Shown: positions 19,344-29,395, counted from the stretch's first letter. The stretch is DNA of 64,000 nucleotides from an uncultured virus (IMG/VR IMGVR_UViG_3300033069_000856) (IMGVR_UViG_3300033069_000856), one strand, 5' to 3'. The notes: a model not told the origin generated them from the letters alone. Numbers and translations are program-made.

Positions 19344-20159
19344 TTAGCCCTCGCCGTCCATTGCATCCTTCTTCTGCTGCTCCAGCTCGAGGAAGTCCTC
19401 GAGCAGCTGGCACATCACCTTGGCGCGTGGGTTGATCGCCAGGATCAACTCCTTCTCCTTGGGGCCCACCAGCTTGAGCTTCTTGTACCGATCGTCGTTC
19501 CGCACCGTGAAGTGGTGCAGACAATCGTATTGGAAATCACGAGGAGTGTCGTCCTCATCGCGATCCATCTGGTACATCCCCTCCACCTGCTGCACCATCG
19601 GGAGCACAGGCTCTTGGAAAGGCCTGCACATGACGGAGAAGCAGATCAGCTGTGCCGAGAAGCTCTGGCTGTTGATCTTCGCAGCCTCACCGATGAGCAT
19701 CTTCCTGGTCTGCCGGAAGTGCTCGATCATGCCCTCCTCGGCCTTCTCGAACGTCTTCATGATGCAGCTGCTCGGGTTAAGCAAGGGGGACTTCTTGCTC
19801 GTTCCCTTGAGAAGGCACAGCACGTTGCTGCCCAGGACGTGGCAGCCGAAGTTGTCGGCCAGCTCCTGGCAGCGCTCGATCGTCGCCTTCTTCATTTGCT
19901 CGAGGGTCAGGAAGTTGTCCTGGATCAAGGTGGGGCAGCACTTGACCTCAAACCCTCCTGCCTCCATCTCCTGGGGTTCCTGAGGCTCGCCCTCTTCGGG
20001 CTGCCCCATCCCGATCGCGAAGTCCCTGAACCCGGCGAAGTTCGCCGCGTGGATGAGCAGCAGCGGTTTTGGTTTGTCAGTCGCCAGCGGGTTCTTCTCG
20101 GGAAGAGCCTCGCCACAACCACCGCCACAACTATTATCACTGCAATTTTCAGAGGTCAT
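19344..20159 (-). CDS. hypothetical protein (promoter cassette)
   Basis: ATG at 20159 with SD aggag; GC-rich codons; downstream of motif copy 7. Confidence 0.65.
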   Translation of the reverse strand: MTSENCSDNSCGGGCGEALPEKNPLATDKPKPLLLIHAANFAGFRDFAIGMGQPEEGEPQEPQEMEAGGFEVKCCPTLIQDNFLTLEQMKKATIERCQELADNFGCHVLGSNVLCLLKGTSKKSPLLNPSSCIMKTFEKAEEGMIEHFRQTRKMLIGEAAKINSQSFSAQLICFSVMCRPFQEPVLPMVQQVEGMYQMDRDEDDTPRDFQYDCLHHFTVRNDDRYKKLKLVGPKEKELILAINPRAKVMCQLLEDFLELEQQKKDAMDGEG

Positions 20160-20208
20160 ACGCTTCTCCTTAAAGGGGTAATTAAAGCCACGAGATGATA
20201 CACTCATC

Positions 20209-20244
20209 TCACACTATAGTGACAGCAATAAGCAGGAAATTAAG
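20209..20244 (-). promoter_or_regulatory. 36-nt promoter-like motif, copy 7
   Basis: tcacactatagtgacagcaataagcaggaaattaag. Confidence 0.65.
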
Positions 20245-20742
20245 ATGCCAGATACTCTTCGGAAAGTGACCGCCTATACAGACGGTGGTTGCAAGAAACC
20301 AGGTACTCCATCAAGCTATGCATTCCTTGTTCGGTGTGAACAACCGAAGTTCTCTACAGGCGTTGTTGGGTTACTCCTACCAGGTACAAACAACACAGGA
20401 GAGCTTACAGCGTTTATTAGCCTTATGCGGTTCCTGGGCAGCCAACCCTGTGACTTAACTGTCTATGCAGATAGTCAGTATGTCACTAAGGGTGTATCAG
20501 AGTGGCTACCCACCTGGAAAGCCCGTCAATGGCGTAAGTCCAATGGAAAGCCAGTACTGAACCTTGACCTATGGCTAGAGGTAGATAAGCTAATCCAACC
20601 CCACACTATCAACATGCTCTGGGTACCAGGGCACACAGGTAATTCGGATAACGAATGGTGTGATAGGATGTGTACAGAAGCTATGAGTGAGATTGATAAG
20701 AACCCACCTCCGTGGGAAAAGACTGTCTTTGTTGAGGAATAA
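20245..20742 (+). CDS. rnhA: ribonuclease HI
   Basis: YTDGGC, TNNTGEL, ADSQYV, NLDLW, WVPGHTG..NE.CD. Confidence 0.92.
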   Translation: MPDTLRKVTAYTDGGCKKPGTPSSYAFLVRCEQPKFSTGVVGLLLPGTNNTGELTAFISLMRFLGSQPCDLTVYADSQYVTKGVSEWLPTWKARQWRKSNGKPVLNLDLWLEVDKLIQPHTINMLWVPGHTGNSDNEWCDRMCTEAMSEIDKNPPPWEKTVFVEE

Positions 20743-20744
20743 CT

Positions 20745-20933
20745 ATGAGTTCAAATTGGGTAAGCGTTGTTAAAGGTATCATTGCCGGGCTGTTCAAGCT
20801 TCTCGCAATCATTCTCTCAGGGTTTGCTACGTTGGCTATGACTCTATCTGAGTTCATCCAACCATCCCCAGGAAAGGTAATCGATGTCCAACCCCCCAGT
20901 GGAACCGGGAATCCCCCCGGAAATGGAGTTTGA
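20745..20933 (+). CDS. small hydrophobic protein
   Basis: SD gagg; hydrophobic N-terminal half. Confidence 0.5.
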   Translation: MSSNWVSVVKGIIAGLFKLLAIILSGFATLAMTLSEFIQPSPGKVIDVQPPSGTGNPPGNGV

Positions 20934-21267
20934 TAAGATCAGCGAAGCTATCACCAAATTCTACGTACATGACATCGGATCAATCGTGTACTACAAGATG
21001 CTTTCGCTGATCGACCAAATGGTCCGAGACGCACAACCAGGGCACCCGGACTTCCATGTCCGGTTTGCTAAGATAATGTTCCAGGGTATCCATATCCCAG
21101 GGCATGAAGTACTTCCTAGGCCCAGCCCATCAGACATCCGTACTTTGAAGTTTCTTCTCGAGCGGGTTACGGGGGTTAAAGCTGCTCAATCATTTGATAA
21201 CCAATACTTCCCAAGGAAAATAGATGTCCACACCAGTTACGGAACAGACGACCTCTCCCCCACCTGA
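20884..21267 (+). CDS. hypothetical protein
   Basis: coupled ORF. Confidence 0.55.
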   Translation: MSNPPVEPGIPPEMEFDKISEAITKFYVHDIGSIVYYKMLSLIDQMVRDAQPGHPDFHVRFAKIMFQGIHIPGHEVLPRPSPSDIRTLKFLLERVTGVKAAQSFDNQYFPRKIDVHTSYGTDDLSPT

Positions 21268-22357
21268 GATCGTACTTACTGAGTCTCAAGAACTAGCAAA
21301 GACTGAGTGTGTTGAATGGGCAAAGGACGTCAGCATTGACCCAAAGACCAAGACACTCTCAGGTCCAGCCGGTACAGGTAAGACCCAGTTAATCAGTGTA
21401 ATCCAGAAAGAGCTGAGTGATACACTCAAAGTGGCAGTAGCTGCTTTCACCGGTAAGGCTGCTTCTGTTCTACGTGGTAAGGGTGTGCTGTCTGCCCAGA
21501 CCCTGCATAGCCTGATGTACACCCCTGTCACGGTAAACAACCAGCTAGAGTTTCGCCCAGTGTCTAGCCTAGGCGTAGACTTCGTAATCGTGGACGAGAG
21601 TAGCATGGTCGCTAAGGATATCCTTACTGACCTGCTCAAGTACAAGGTGAAGGTACTATTCGTCGGTGACGGAGCACAGCTAGAGCCTATCGGGGATGAC
21701 CCTAATCTGATGGCAGATCCGGACATTCTCCTTACAGAGATCCACCGTCAGGCCCAGGGTAGCCCGATCATTCAGTTCTCGGTAATTCTCCGCAATGGTG
21801 GAGAGTTCCAGAGGGACTTCAACTACGGCACAGTCCCTGGATTAACGATCACTTCCCACTTTAAGTTAGACGACTACATCTACGAAGCTGATCAGGTAAT
21901 TTGTGGGTTTAACAAGACTCGACATGACCTGAACAGGAAGATCCGAGAGAAGCATAACCGGGTTGGCACCTTGGCTATTGGGGATAGGTTGATCTGCTTG
22001 AAGAACAACCGCCTTAAGGGTGTCTACAACGGTATGATCATGACGGTGACTAGCTTCCGTGAATCAGGTTTCAGCAAGAACACACTAATTGTCACCGGTG
22101 TAGACGAGGTTGGTACTGAGTTCAAAGAGCTACCCGTAAGCAAGAAGTGCTTTGGTGAGAACACAGATATCAACAGCTTCAAAGATAGAGAGGTTACCTA
22201 CTGGGATTATGGGTATTGCATTACAGCCCATAAGTCCCAGGGTAGCCAGTGGAAGAACGTCCTAGTAATCGAACAGCTGGCTTCCATGTGGAACCCGGCC
22301 AGATGGAGGTATACAGCATGCACCCGCGCCCAAGAAAATCTAACGTACCTGATATGA
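21224..22357 (+). CDS. SF1B RecD/Dda-like DNA helicase
   Basis: GPAGTGKT, AFTGKAA, VDESSM, GD.AQL.P, EIHRQ, TAHKSQGSQW, YTACTRA. Confidence 0.9.
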   Translation: MSTPVTEQTTSPPPEIVLTESQELAKTECVEWAKDVSIDPKTKTLSGPAGTGKTQLISVIQKELSDTLKVAVAAFTGKAASVLRGKGVLSAQTLHSLMYTPVTVNNQLEFRPVSSLGVDFVIVDESSMVAKDILTDLLKYKVKVLFVGDGAQLEPIGDDPNLMADPDILLTEIHRQAQGSPIIQFSVILRNGGEFQRDFNYGTVPGLTITSHFKLDDYIYEADQVICGFNKTRHDLNRKIREKHNRVGTLAIGDRLICLKNNRLKGVYNGMIMTVTSFRESGFSKNTLIVTGVDEVGTEFKELPVSKKCFGENTDINSFKDREVTYWDYGYCITAHKSQGSQWKNVLVIEQLASMWNPARWRYTACTRAQENLTYLI

Positions 22358-22746
22358 GTCCTCACACGCTAGAGGGTACAACCCTCATTACAAGCTTCAT
22401 GTCCCAAGGCACTGGAGTGCTCCAGTCTGCACCTAAGTATGGAGTGTTCTTCACAGACCAGCTTAAGTTCCTGTGGGGTCAGCCCCTGAATAACCTGGCT
22501 TGGAACTGGCTGCACTCCCTTCGAGCTTCGGTGATTAAGATCACTAAAGACGATGACGACTTTGCAGCTGTTCTATGGGGCGTGACGATCTTTGTCGATA
22601 CCATCGATGGTCAAATGGTTATCAACAATATCAAGCAAGCTGTAGAGGTAGGTGTAGTGGGTATCCCTGAGTCGAATACCCCTAATGGTATTGCCCTTAT
22701 GCGGGCTACTAACGCAGCTATCAAAGCCTCACAACCTGATACCTAA
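22354..22746 (+). CDS. hypothetical protein
   Basis: ATGA overlap with the helicase stop. Confidence 0.55.
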   Translation: MSPHTLEGTTLITSFMSQGTGVLQSAPKYGVFFTDQLKFLWGQPLNNLAWNWLHSLRASVIKITKDDDDFAAVLWGVTIFVDTIDGQMVINNIKQAVEVGVVGIPESNTPNGIALMRATNAAIKASQPDT

Positions 22747-22773
22747 AAAAAAGCCCCGGAAACAATCCGGGGC
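22745..22773 (-). terminator. intrinsic terminator
   Basis: A run then gccccgga-aacaa-tccggggc. Confidence 0.7.
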
Positions 22774-22812
22774 ATAAGCGTGAAGCCTTCTCGACAGTCA
22801 CGCTGGAGTAGC

Positions 22813-23754
22813 TCAGACGACCTTGGCGTAGAAGCCCTTGCGGATCTTCTTGACGACGTTGTCAGCCGCCATCTTGTTCAGGTGGTGGCAAACGTTGCTG
22901 GAGCACTGCCCAGGGCAGTAAGCCAGGATCGCATCTGCGATCTCCTCCGTTTTGAAGGTGATGCGAGGGGGCAAAGCCTGCACAATGGCCTTGGCCTGCT
23001 CGTGCCGTTTGACGTCAGGCACGACGAACGGAATACCACGGAGGTACTTCTTCATCCGCTTCCCATCCCACGCCTCATCATCAAGCCCGCCAGGGGCCTT
23101 GTTGGGAGTGGGTTCTGCAGCAGGGGCAGGGACAGCCACGGTGCTCAACGAAAGACCGTGCTGTGCCAGCTGGCTGTCGTTGATGTCGAGCTTGAGCAAC
23201 TCGATGGTGTCGCTGATGTCAGCGACCGTGATCCGCTCCTCTTCCCGGAGGAGCTCGATGGACTGCTCCATATCGGAGATCTGCTTGCGATACTCAGCCT
23301 TGGTGGCTGCCAGCTTCTGGGTGGACTCCAGCAGCTGACGCAGGAGAGCCATTCCCGGGCTCTCAGGCACAGCAGCAGCGCATGTCACAGGTGCCGCTGG
23401 CTTGCTGGCCTCCTCGTGAAGCACCTGCAGCCGCTGGACAGCAGCGGTCTTGAGGACCTCCGGCTCCTTCTTGGCCATGTCCTCGAAGTGCTTGAGTGCG
23501 GTCTCAAGCTGAGGGATGCTCAGCTTGGACTTCACCACCGAGACCTTGCCGACCTTGAACGGGATGGCCGTCTTCCCGGAGTGGATGTAGAACATGCGCT
23601 CGTTGGTGACTTCCTTGAGAAGGCCAACGCTGCCGTGGGGTGCGCCGTTGTCAGCGAACCCCTTGACTGGGATCGGACGTGTCGGATCAGCCGCTAGCAT
23701 CTTCCTCGCCATGTCAGGGGTGAGGACGAACTGACCGATGTTGAACTTTGCCAT
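22813..23754 (-). CDS. coiled-coil protein with possible C-terminal winged helix (promoter cassette)
   Basis: ATG 23754 with SD ggag; C-terminal VCHHLNKMAADNVVKKIRKGFY; GC-rich codons. Confidence 0.6.
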   Translation of the reverse strand: MAKFNIGQFVLTPDMARKMLAADPTRPIPVKGFADNGAPHGSVGLLKEVTNERMFYIHSGKTAIPFKVGKVSVVKSKLSIPQLETALKHFEDMAKKEPEVLKTAAVQRLQVLHEEASKPAAPVTCAAAVPESPGMALLRQLLESTQKLAATKAEYRKQISDMEQSIELLREEERITVADISDTIELLKLDINDSQLAQHGLSLSTVAVPAPAAEPTPNKAPGGLDDEAWDGKRMKKYLRGIPFVVPDVKRHEQAKAIVQALPPRITFKTEEIADAILAYCPGQCSSNVCHHLNKMAADNVVKKIRKGFYAKVV

Positions 23755-23805
23755 AACACTACTCCATGTCACCAAAGGATAGATTGACGGGATAACATAA
23801 CCCCA

Positions 23806-23841
23806 TCAATCTATAATGACATGTAAGTTAGGGTAATTAAG
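23806..23841 (-). promoter_or_regulatory. 36-nt promoter-like motif, copy 8
   Basis: tcaatctataatgacatgtaagttagggtaattaag. Confidence 0.7.
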
Positions 23842-23844
23842 GGC

Positions 23845-24483
23845 TTAGGATACGAAGCGGCCAATAATCATGGAATTGGCAACTCCAGAACCTGTCGAGA
23901 TCAGGGTGATAACAGAGGTACAACCTGCAATATTGACGCTCTGCTTCTTGGAGAGTAGGTAGCGCTTTACAGTATCTCCGTTGGTAACAGTTACCCCCTG
24001 CCAATTAACTACGTTAGCAGGTACGGTAGTCAGGGCCTGCGTAAGTGACACTGTATTAGCGATCGTGATAGCAGTGGTAGCATCATCTGCAGTAGACGTC
24101 AATGGAACTGGAATTTCCAGGGTTGAGTCAAAGCTAGCCGAAGACACAATACCCGGGTTAGGGTAGACCACATTAGTAGGGTCAGTGCCAGCAAATGGAA
24201 CTAGCCCATATGCGTTCAACACTGTACTGCCAACCGGTGCAGAAGTGCCAGGAATTAGAAGATAGAGCTCTAGGCGAGTACCCACCTTAGGGACCTTTAC
24301 CTGAACTACATTAGCGTCATAGGTAGAGTTCGCCCCAAAGTAAGGAATCGGGTTGGTTGGAAGCGTTGACGCAGCAGTAGCGTTCTTATGGAAGATCGCA
24401 AAACCAGTGCCGTGACTGGTAGTAGCGCTAGTGTTTGTGAATAGCCCAGCAAGTGGGGCGCCAACAGGGTTTGTGCCTGGCAT
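23845..24483 (-). CDS. Thr/Ala-rich protein, possibly virion structural
   Basis: composition; SD gagg. Confidence 0.55.
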   Translation of the reverse strand: MPGTNPVGAPLAGLFTNTSATTSHGTGFAIFHKNATAASTLPTNPIPYFGANSTYDANVVQVKVPKVGTRLELYLLIPGTSAPVGSTVLNAYGLVPFAGTDPTNVVYPNPGIVSSASFDSTLEIPVPLTSTADDATTAITIANTVSLTQALTTVPANVVNWQGVTVTNGDTVKRYLLSKKQSVNIAGCTSVITLISTGSGVANSMIIGRFVS

Positions 24484-24557
24484 TGAGTGTCCTCTTATGG
24501 TAAACTTGGAGATCTGTTACTTGAGTATATCAATTTCTTGTTTTTGGTGGTCATCTA

Positions 24558-25382
24558 GTGCGTGTCAAACCTGTTAAACGTGGTCAAACTATTAGACGGT
24601 TTGACTTATACCAGGCCATGGATATTGAAGCAGTCTCCCAGAGGGTAGGAATTCCTATCCCTTGCTTCACTAACCATGGCAGAGACATCCTACAGCGGCT
24701 ACTTGACATTCGCTGGGTGAAGGGTATACTGATGGACGGGTATCTGACCTGCCCCCTTATGCCTGGGTCTCCCTTTTTCCGGAAATTACCGTATGTACGG
24801 TGGAGCTGGATTGAGCTGGAGATGGATACTATCTATGACCCCTGCCTTTGGCTAGCCACAGCCTCAACCCCAAGGGTAGTCACTGTTAGAGACATTAATC
24901 GAAATTGGTACACCACTGCAAGAGATGATTACCCGCCACTGCCCAGACCCTATGACCGCCGTGTAGACATCGAGCTTCCGTCAGCCTTAAATAAATGGGT
25001 TAAACGAGAACTAGGATATCCTGACTTTCTGACCATTCGGTCACTTAACTGGTTAAAGAAGAAAATAGATACGTGCCCCTATAAAGACGACTTTCTAGAG
25101 TCGACTGACTTTCTTTTCGAAGGAACCGAATATGTCCAACCGTCTATCGTCAACAATGCTTCGCACCGGTTCAAAGCGTCCAAACAGCTTTACAAAATCG
25201 CAAATTACCTTCCTGCGCTCGGAGTTAACCAGGATCCTTCCCGAGCTCCCGCGCGATGGGACCACAACAAAGACTTCCGTGGCAAAGCGCCTGCAACAGT
25301 CCGTCGCGAAAACAATCAAGAGCTGGTCAACAGGGACTCCCAAGCCGACCTGGGAGGTCCAGCAAGCGATCCGAGGGATTAA
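24558..25382 (+). CDS. hypothetical protein
   Basis: 274-codon ORF; 3' end overlaps the next gene. Confidence 0.45.
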   Translation: MRVKPVKRGQTIRRFDLYQAMDIEAVSQRVGIPIPCFTNHGRDILQRLLDIRWVKGILMDGYLTCPLMPGSPFFRKLPYVRWSWIELEMDTIYDPCLWLATASTPRVVTVRDINRNWYTTARDDYPPLPRPYDRRVDIELPSALNKWVKRELGYPDFLTIRSLNWLKKKIDTCPYKDDFLESTDFLFEGTEYVQPSIVNNASHRFKASKQLYKIANYLPALGVNQDPSRAPARWDHNKDFRGKAPATVRRENNQELVNRDSQADLGGPASDPRD

Positions 25383-25980
25383 GAAGGTAACCCGTCGCAA
25401 CGTCGAGACCCTGTATGATGGTCTTGATGTCAAGCTCACATCTGGTCGTAAGTGGCAGGACTACTTCGGACATGGCGTCAAGCTTCCCTCTCCTCGGGTT
25501 ACCCCTGGTAAGCTCCCACGCTTCTCCGAGACCGATCCCACCACTACCCGGGATGCGATCGTTAACGCGGCTAATAACACCGAAGCGCTGCGTAACATGA
25601 TCACAGACCTGACTACCAAGGTTGACAGTCTTACTGCAATGGTTGAAGAGCTCTCAGAGAGTATGCTTGATGTCGAAGACGCCGTCGATCAGGTAGTGGA
25701 TGCCACAGAAGCGCTTGACAAAGAGCCGTGGAAGCCGGTCCCCGGTCTTCCTGCTGTGAGCACTCCTACCATCTGGTTCGGTACCCCCGGTAATATGCAG
25801 TCTTTCCCCGTCAACGACATTAACACCCAGTTCACCATGCAAATCCCCGAGGGTATGAATGCCGACATCCGAACCGCACCTACCACCGATCGATCCCCCG
25901 CACGAGTCGAGATCGCATCGCGATCGACTGCTGACCAGCTTGGAGGTACTCCAACGGAAGGTCAGAGCGAAGTCTCCTGA
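25132..25980 (+). CDS. hypothetical coiled-coil protein
   Basis: SD aagga; heptad segment. Confidence 0.6.
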   Translation: MSNRLSSTMLRTGSKRPNSFTKSQITFLRSELTRILPELPRDGTTTKTSVAKRLQQSVAKTIKSWSTGTPKPTWEVQQAIRGIKKVTRRNVETLYDGLDVKLTSGRKWQDYFGHGVKLPSPRVTPGKLPRFSETDPTTTRDAIVNAANNTEALRNMITDLTTKVDSLTAMVEELSESMLDVEDAVDQVVDATEALDKEPWKPVPGLPAVSTPTIWFGTPGNMQSFPVNDINTQFTMQIPEGMNADIRTAPTTDRSPARVEIASRSTADQLGGTPTEGQSEVS

Positions 25981-26033
25981 TTCGTCTTTCAATTGTCTTG
26001 AGTTAAATAGTTCACCAAATATGAGGTCTTGTA

Positions 26034-27152
26034 ATGACAGAGAAGATTCAGAATCGGCCCTACCAGACACGTGTAATTGATAAGGTAATGGCCGCGATTG
26101 AGGAAGGCCATCAGAACATCCTTGTTTGCTCGCCTACAGGCTCCGGTAAAACCATCATGGCTCATGAGGTTGCACGTAGGCTGTACGAAGAGAAGCAATG
26201 GAAGTACTGTTGGACCGTCATGCGTAAGGTCCTTGTCGAGCAAGCGAAGTGGGAGAACGAAGATAAGTTCGGGCTCACTTCCGGTACGTACATGAGTACC
26301 TTTGCTCGAGCAGAGGACTATCCCAGGGACGTCGAACTCCTTATCGAGGACGAAGCCCAACACTCTGCCTCAGACACGAGCACCAAGCTTTATTCGATAA
26401 TGAAGCCCAAGGTGCACTTAGCTTTCACTGCTACCCCGTTCCGGAGTGACAGGAAGAAGCTATGCTTTAGCAAGTTCATCTTTGATGCTGGGATTAGGCA
26501 GCTAGTGGACGAGAAGTGGCTAAGCGCATTTCACCACTACGCCTTCCCGGAGGAATGGTCACCTGAGAACGTCTCACAGATGTACCTCAATGACCAGGAG
26601 CGCTGGGGGAAGAGTGTCATCTTCTTCCTGCGCCTAGCCGATTGCCATAAGTGTAAGGCCCTGCTTGAACAAGGAGGTGTCCCGTGTGAGGTTGTAGAGG
26701 GTGGTAGCGTTTCCCAACAGGAAGCTGCCATCGAAGCGTTTGAGAAGGGTGAGTTAAAGGTACTGATCAATGTGTTTGTGCTTACGGAGGGGTTTGACGC
26801 CCCTGATCTGAAGACAGTATTTTGTCGGCCAGGCTCCCGAGCCCCCACTGTACAGATGTGCGGCAGGGCATTGAGGAAGCACCCGGATAAGCCGTTTGCA
26901 CAGATTGTTCAGGCCCTCACTACTAAGTATCCGTTTACCGAAGAAGCCAGTGCGGAACGAAGCTTTACCCTGAAAGACAAAGTCTGGGTCGATACCCAGT
27001 ACAATGAGAAAGCTCTGTCACAGGTTCGACTTGTTGTAGCCCGGTCTATGCTTCACACCAAAGAAGCCCCTATGCCTGACTACATTAAGAAGAAAATGGC
27101 TAAGGTTCGCCCTTGGCGCAGGTTCGGTAATCAAGATAATCAAGGATTTTAA
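26034..27152 (+). CDS. SF2 DExH-box helicase
   Basis: LRPYQ-like NRPYQ, SPTGSGKT, DEAQH, TATP.R, LTEGFDAP, QMCGRALR. Confidence 0.9.
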   Translation: MTEKIQNRPYQTRVIDKVMAAIEEGHQNILVCSPTGSGKTIMAHEVARRLYEEKQWKYCWTVMRKVLVEQAKWENEDKFGLTSGTYMSTFARAEDYPRDVELLIEDEAQHSASDTSTKLYSIMKPKVHLAFTATPFRSDRKKLCFSKFIFDAGIRQLVDEKWLSAFHHYAFPEEWSPENVSQMYLNDQERWGKSVIFFLRLADCHKCKALLEQGGVPCEVVEGGSVSQQEAAIEAFEKGELKVLINVFVLTEGFDAPDLKTVFCRPGSRAPTVQMCGRALRKHPDKPFAQIVQALTTKYPFTEEASAERSFTLKDKVWVDTQYNEKALSQVRLVVARSMLHTKEAPMPDYIKKKMAKVRPWRRFGNQDNQGF

Positions 27153-27232
27153 TTAGCCTCGTGTATTAGGAAGACTACGACACCGGATGTTCCGGCAGTT
27201 TACGCTTCCGCCAAATTTGTGGAGTCTTATAT

Positions 27233-28345
27233 ATGCTTGCAATTCCTGAAATGGTTTCTACTGTTCTTCCCGTCAACGCCCTGAAGATCGAGTACGATGG
27301 CGATACCTCTAAGTTCAAGAGCATGGCAGACTATGACCGGGCTACCCGGTTTGTTCTGCCTGATGGTCAGCGCATGAAGGCTGATAAGCGCTTCTGGACC
27401 AGCTTCTGCCAGACCTTCTCGTTCAGCCGTAACATCTTCAACCTGTTCGATACGGCTGAAGTGCTTACTCGTCTGGCCAAGGTTCATTCCCCTGTTGCCC
27501 GGTTCACCTATGAGAAGGGCGGCAACCTTCTCAGCTGTACGAACCCTAAGCGTACCATTGTCGGTGCGCCGATCGTTGAGCAGCTGTTCAAGAAGTTCAA
27601 CGGCACCAACCTGTCGTATGCGAACGGTATCATCTCCGGTCAGTTCAACAGCCCGTTCAGCTCTAAGTTTGCAGTGGTAGGTAAGCAGGACTCAGAGTTC
27701 AGCACCGGCTATACACTCGAGATCCCTCTCGATGGTTACGGTGTTCCATCTGCGTACCTTATGCTTGTTCGCCAGGTTTGCACCAATGGAGCTGTCGCCC
27801 GCACTCCCGCATTCCGCACGTCGTTTAGTCTTGGTAAGGATGAGACTGACTATGCACCGGTCCTGAATCGTGCATTTGAAAGCTTTAACGATGAAGAGGG
27901 TTATCACGCATTCCGGCAGCGCATGGAGATCTGTGCGCGTAGCTGGGCCAGCCTGAACAACTTCTTCACCCTGAACCGCGCCATTAACCATGGCACCAAA
28001 GCAGAAGGCTGGGGGCTTCTGGAGCGGGTTAAGCTTAAGGACCAGCTGAACAAGCTAGCTAAGGATCCGGTGTTCCTGTACGGGCTGAGCGACAACTCAG
28101 AGATCAGCAGTGCGAAGCTGCGGGCCTATCCTGTGCAGACCACCCTCTACGACATGATCAACTTCGCGACTGAGGTGACTACACATCGGTTCAAGACTCT
28201 GCATGGCCGTAATGCCCTGTACAGCTGGCTCGGGTCAATCCTGACTGAGCCTATTGATCTGGAGGACTCCTGCACCTCAACCCCGGACTTCAAGGATTTC
28301 TACCTCGATACGGCTTTTGCAACCCGTACCGCTGATACTGTTTGA
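27233..28345 (+). CDS. DUF932-like protein
   Basis: DG....AYLMLVRQVCTNGAV and TLYDMINFATE..TH patterns. Confidence 0.6.
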   Translation: MLAIPEMVSTVLPVNALKIEYDGDTSKFKSMADYDRATRFVLPDGQRMKADKRFWTSFCQTFSFSRNIFNLFDTAEVLTRLAKVHSPVARFTYEKGGNLLSCTNPKRTIVGAPIVEQLFKKFNGTNLSYANGIISGQFNSPFSSKFAVVGKQDSEFSTGYTLEIPLDGYGVPSAYLMLVRQVCTNGAVARTPAFRTSFSLGKDETDYAPVLNRAFESFNDEEGYHAFRQRMEICARSWASLNNFFTLNRAINHGTKAEGWGLLERVKLKDQLNKLAKDPVFLYGLSDNSEISSAKLRAYPVQTTLYDMINFATEVTTHRFKTLHGRNALYSWLGSILTEPIDLEDSCTSTPDFKDFYLDTAFATRTADTV

Positions 28346-28611
28346 GATTTGACAATTCGTATTTTTTGGAGCGCTTAATGGAATTCTCTACGCTTACCCG
28401 GATTGACCCCACCTCTGGTGCGACCGTCAACCGTCTACCTGCAACAACTGTTCCCGCCGCTCGGCCTTGGACTTTTGTAGACACCTGTGTGTATCCTCTG
28501 GCAAAGGTGCACCAGGCCATCGGAACTGAGCTGATCGTAGATCAGAGCACCGGTGCTGTCTATTTTGTTCCTGCTGTCGAACTCGGTAAGCAGTCTTCAC
28601 GTATGTCTTGA
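28342..28611 (+). CDS. hypothetical protein (start probably 28378)
   Basis: SD ggag before MEFST. Confidence 0.5.
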   Translation: MRFDNSYFLERLMEFSTLTRIDPTSGATVNRLPATTVPAARPWTFVDTCVYPLAKVHQAIGTELIVDQSTGAVYFVPAVELGKQSSRMS

Positions 28612-28648
28612 TGTCATGAAGCGCCTCTACCTCTAAAATCTCGCCGGG

Positions 28649-29395
28649 TCAGTGTAAAATTGACCCGGTGATTATCGGCTCAACTTCGGTGCCACTGCTC
28701 CAAGTGATGATCTCTTCAACACCAATGCAAACTCCGTAATTGCCGCCTAGTGTTCCTTCGATCATTCCTACCAACGCACCTGAATCATCGAATACACCGG
28801 AACCTGATTGCCCTGCGAACACAGGAGTAGCAATACAGAATTTGCTGATATTATTGAGCGGAGTTAGAATATTCTCACGACTAACAATTACCTTGGAATA
28901 CATCCAAGTTAAGTCGTTTATTGTTGAGTTGATTTCTACAGATGGATTACCGATTGTTTGAAGTTCTTGTCCGAGTTTAGGATTCTTGCTCCGGAGTTTG
29001 GTAGACTGGAGCACCTGCCGTGAAGTAAGCCCATCTACCTTATACAACGATAAATCAAACCCACCAGGGAATGGCCCGCATTTGATTAGAGTACATTTGT
29101 AATCCTTGGTGCCGTTGATCTCATACGGAAAGGTAATGTCCTCTACCTGTTCTACAGCTCCATACGCACCAACTACGCCGTGTGCTACACTCAAGATATA
29201 CACATCGTCCTGGTAAGTAAGCACATTACCTGTAAAGCGAGACCCACTAAGCACTGTACCTGTAGTTACCTCAACCGTAGCTGCGAACATCTTGTAGGGA
29301 ACGAATGACAACGAGTCCAAAGGTACGGAAGTGCGAGTAGTGCATGCGCTCAGAAAGATACCTAAGGCGAATAGCAAACCTTTAAAAAGATTCAT
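28649..29395 (-). CDS. trypsin-like serine protease, lipoprotein
   Basis: lipobox LSAC; triad SVAH, DLSL, GQSGSGVF. Confidence 0.8.
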   Translation of the reverse strand: MNLFKGLLFALGIFLSACTTRTSVPLDSLSFVPYKMFAATVEVTTGTVLSGSRFTGNVLTYQDDVYILSVAHGVVGAYGAVEQVEDITFPYEINGTKDYKCTLIKCGPFPGGFDLSLYKVDGLTSRQVLQSTKLRSKNPKLGQELQTIGNPSVEINSTINDLTWMYSKVIVSRENILTPLNNISKFCIATPVFAGQSGSGVFDDSGALVGMIEGTLGGNYGVCIGVEEIITWSSGTEVEPIITGSILH

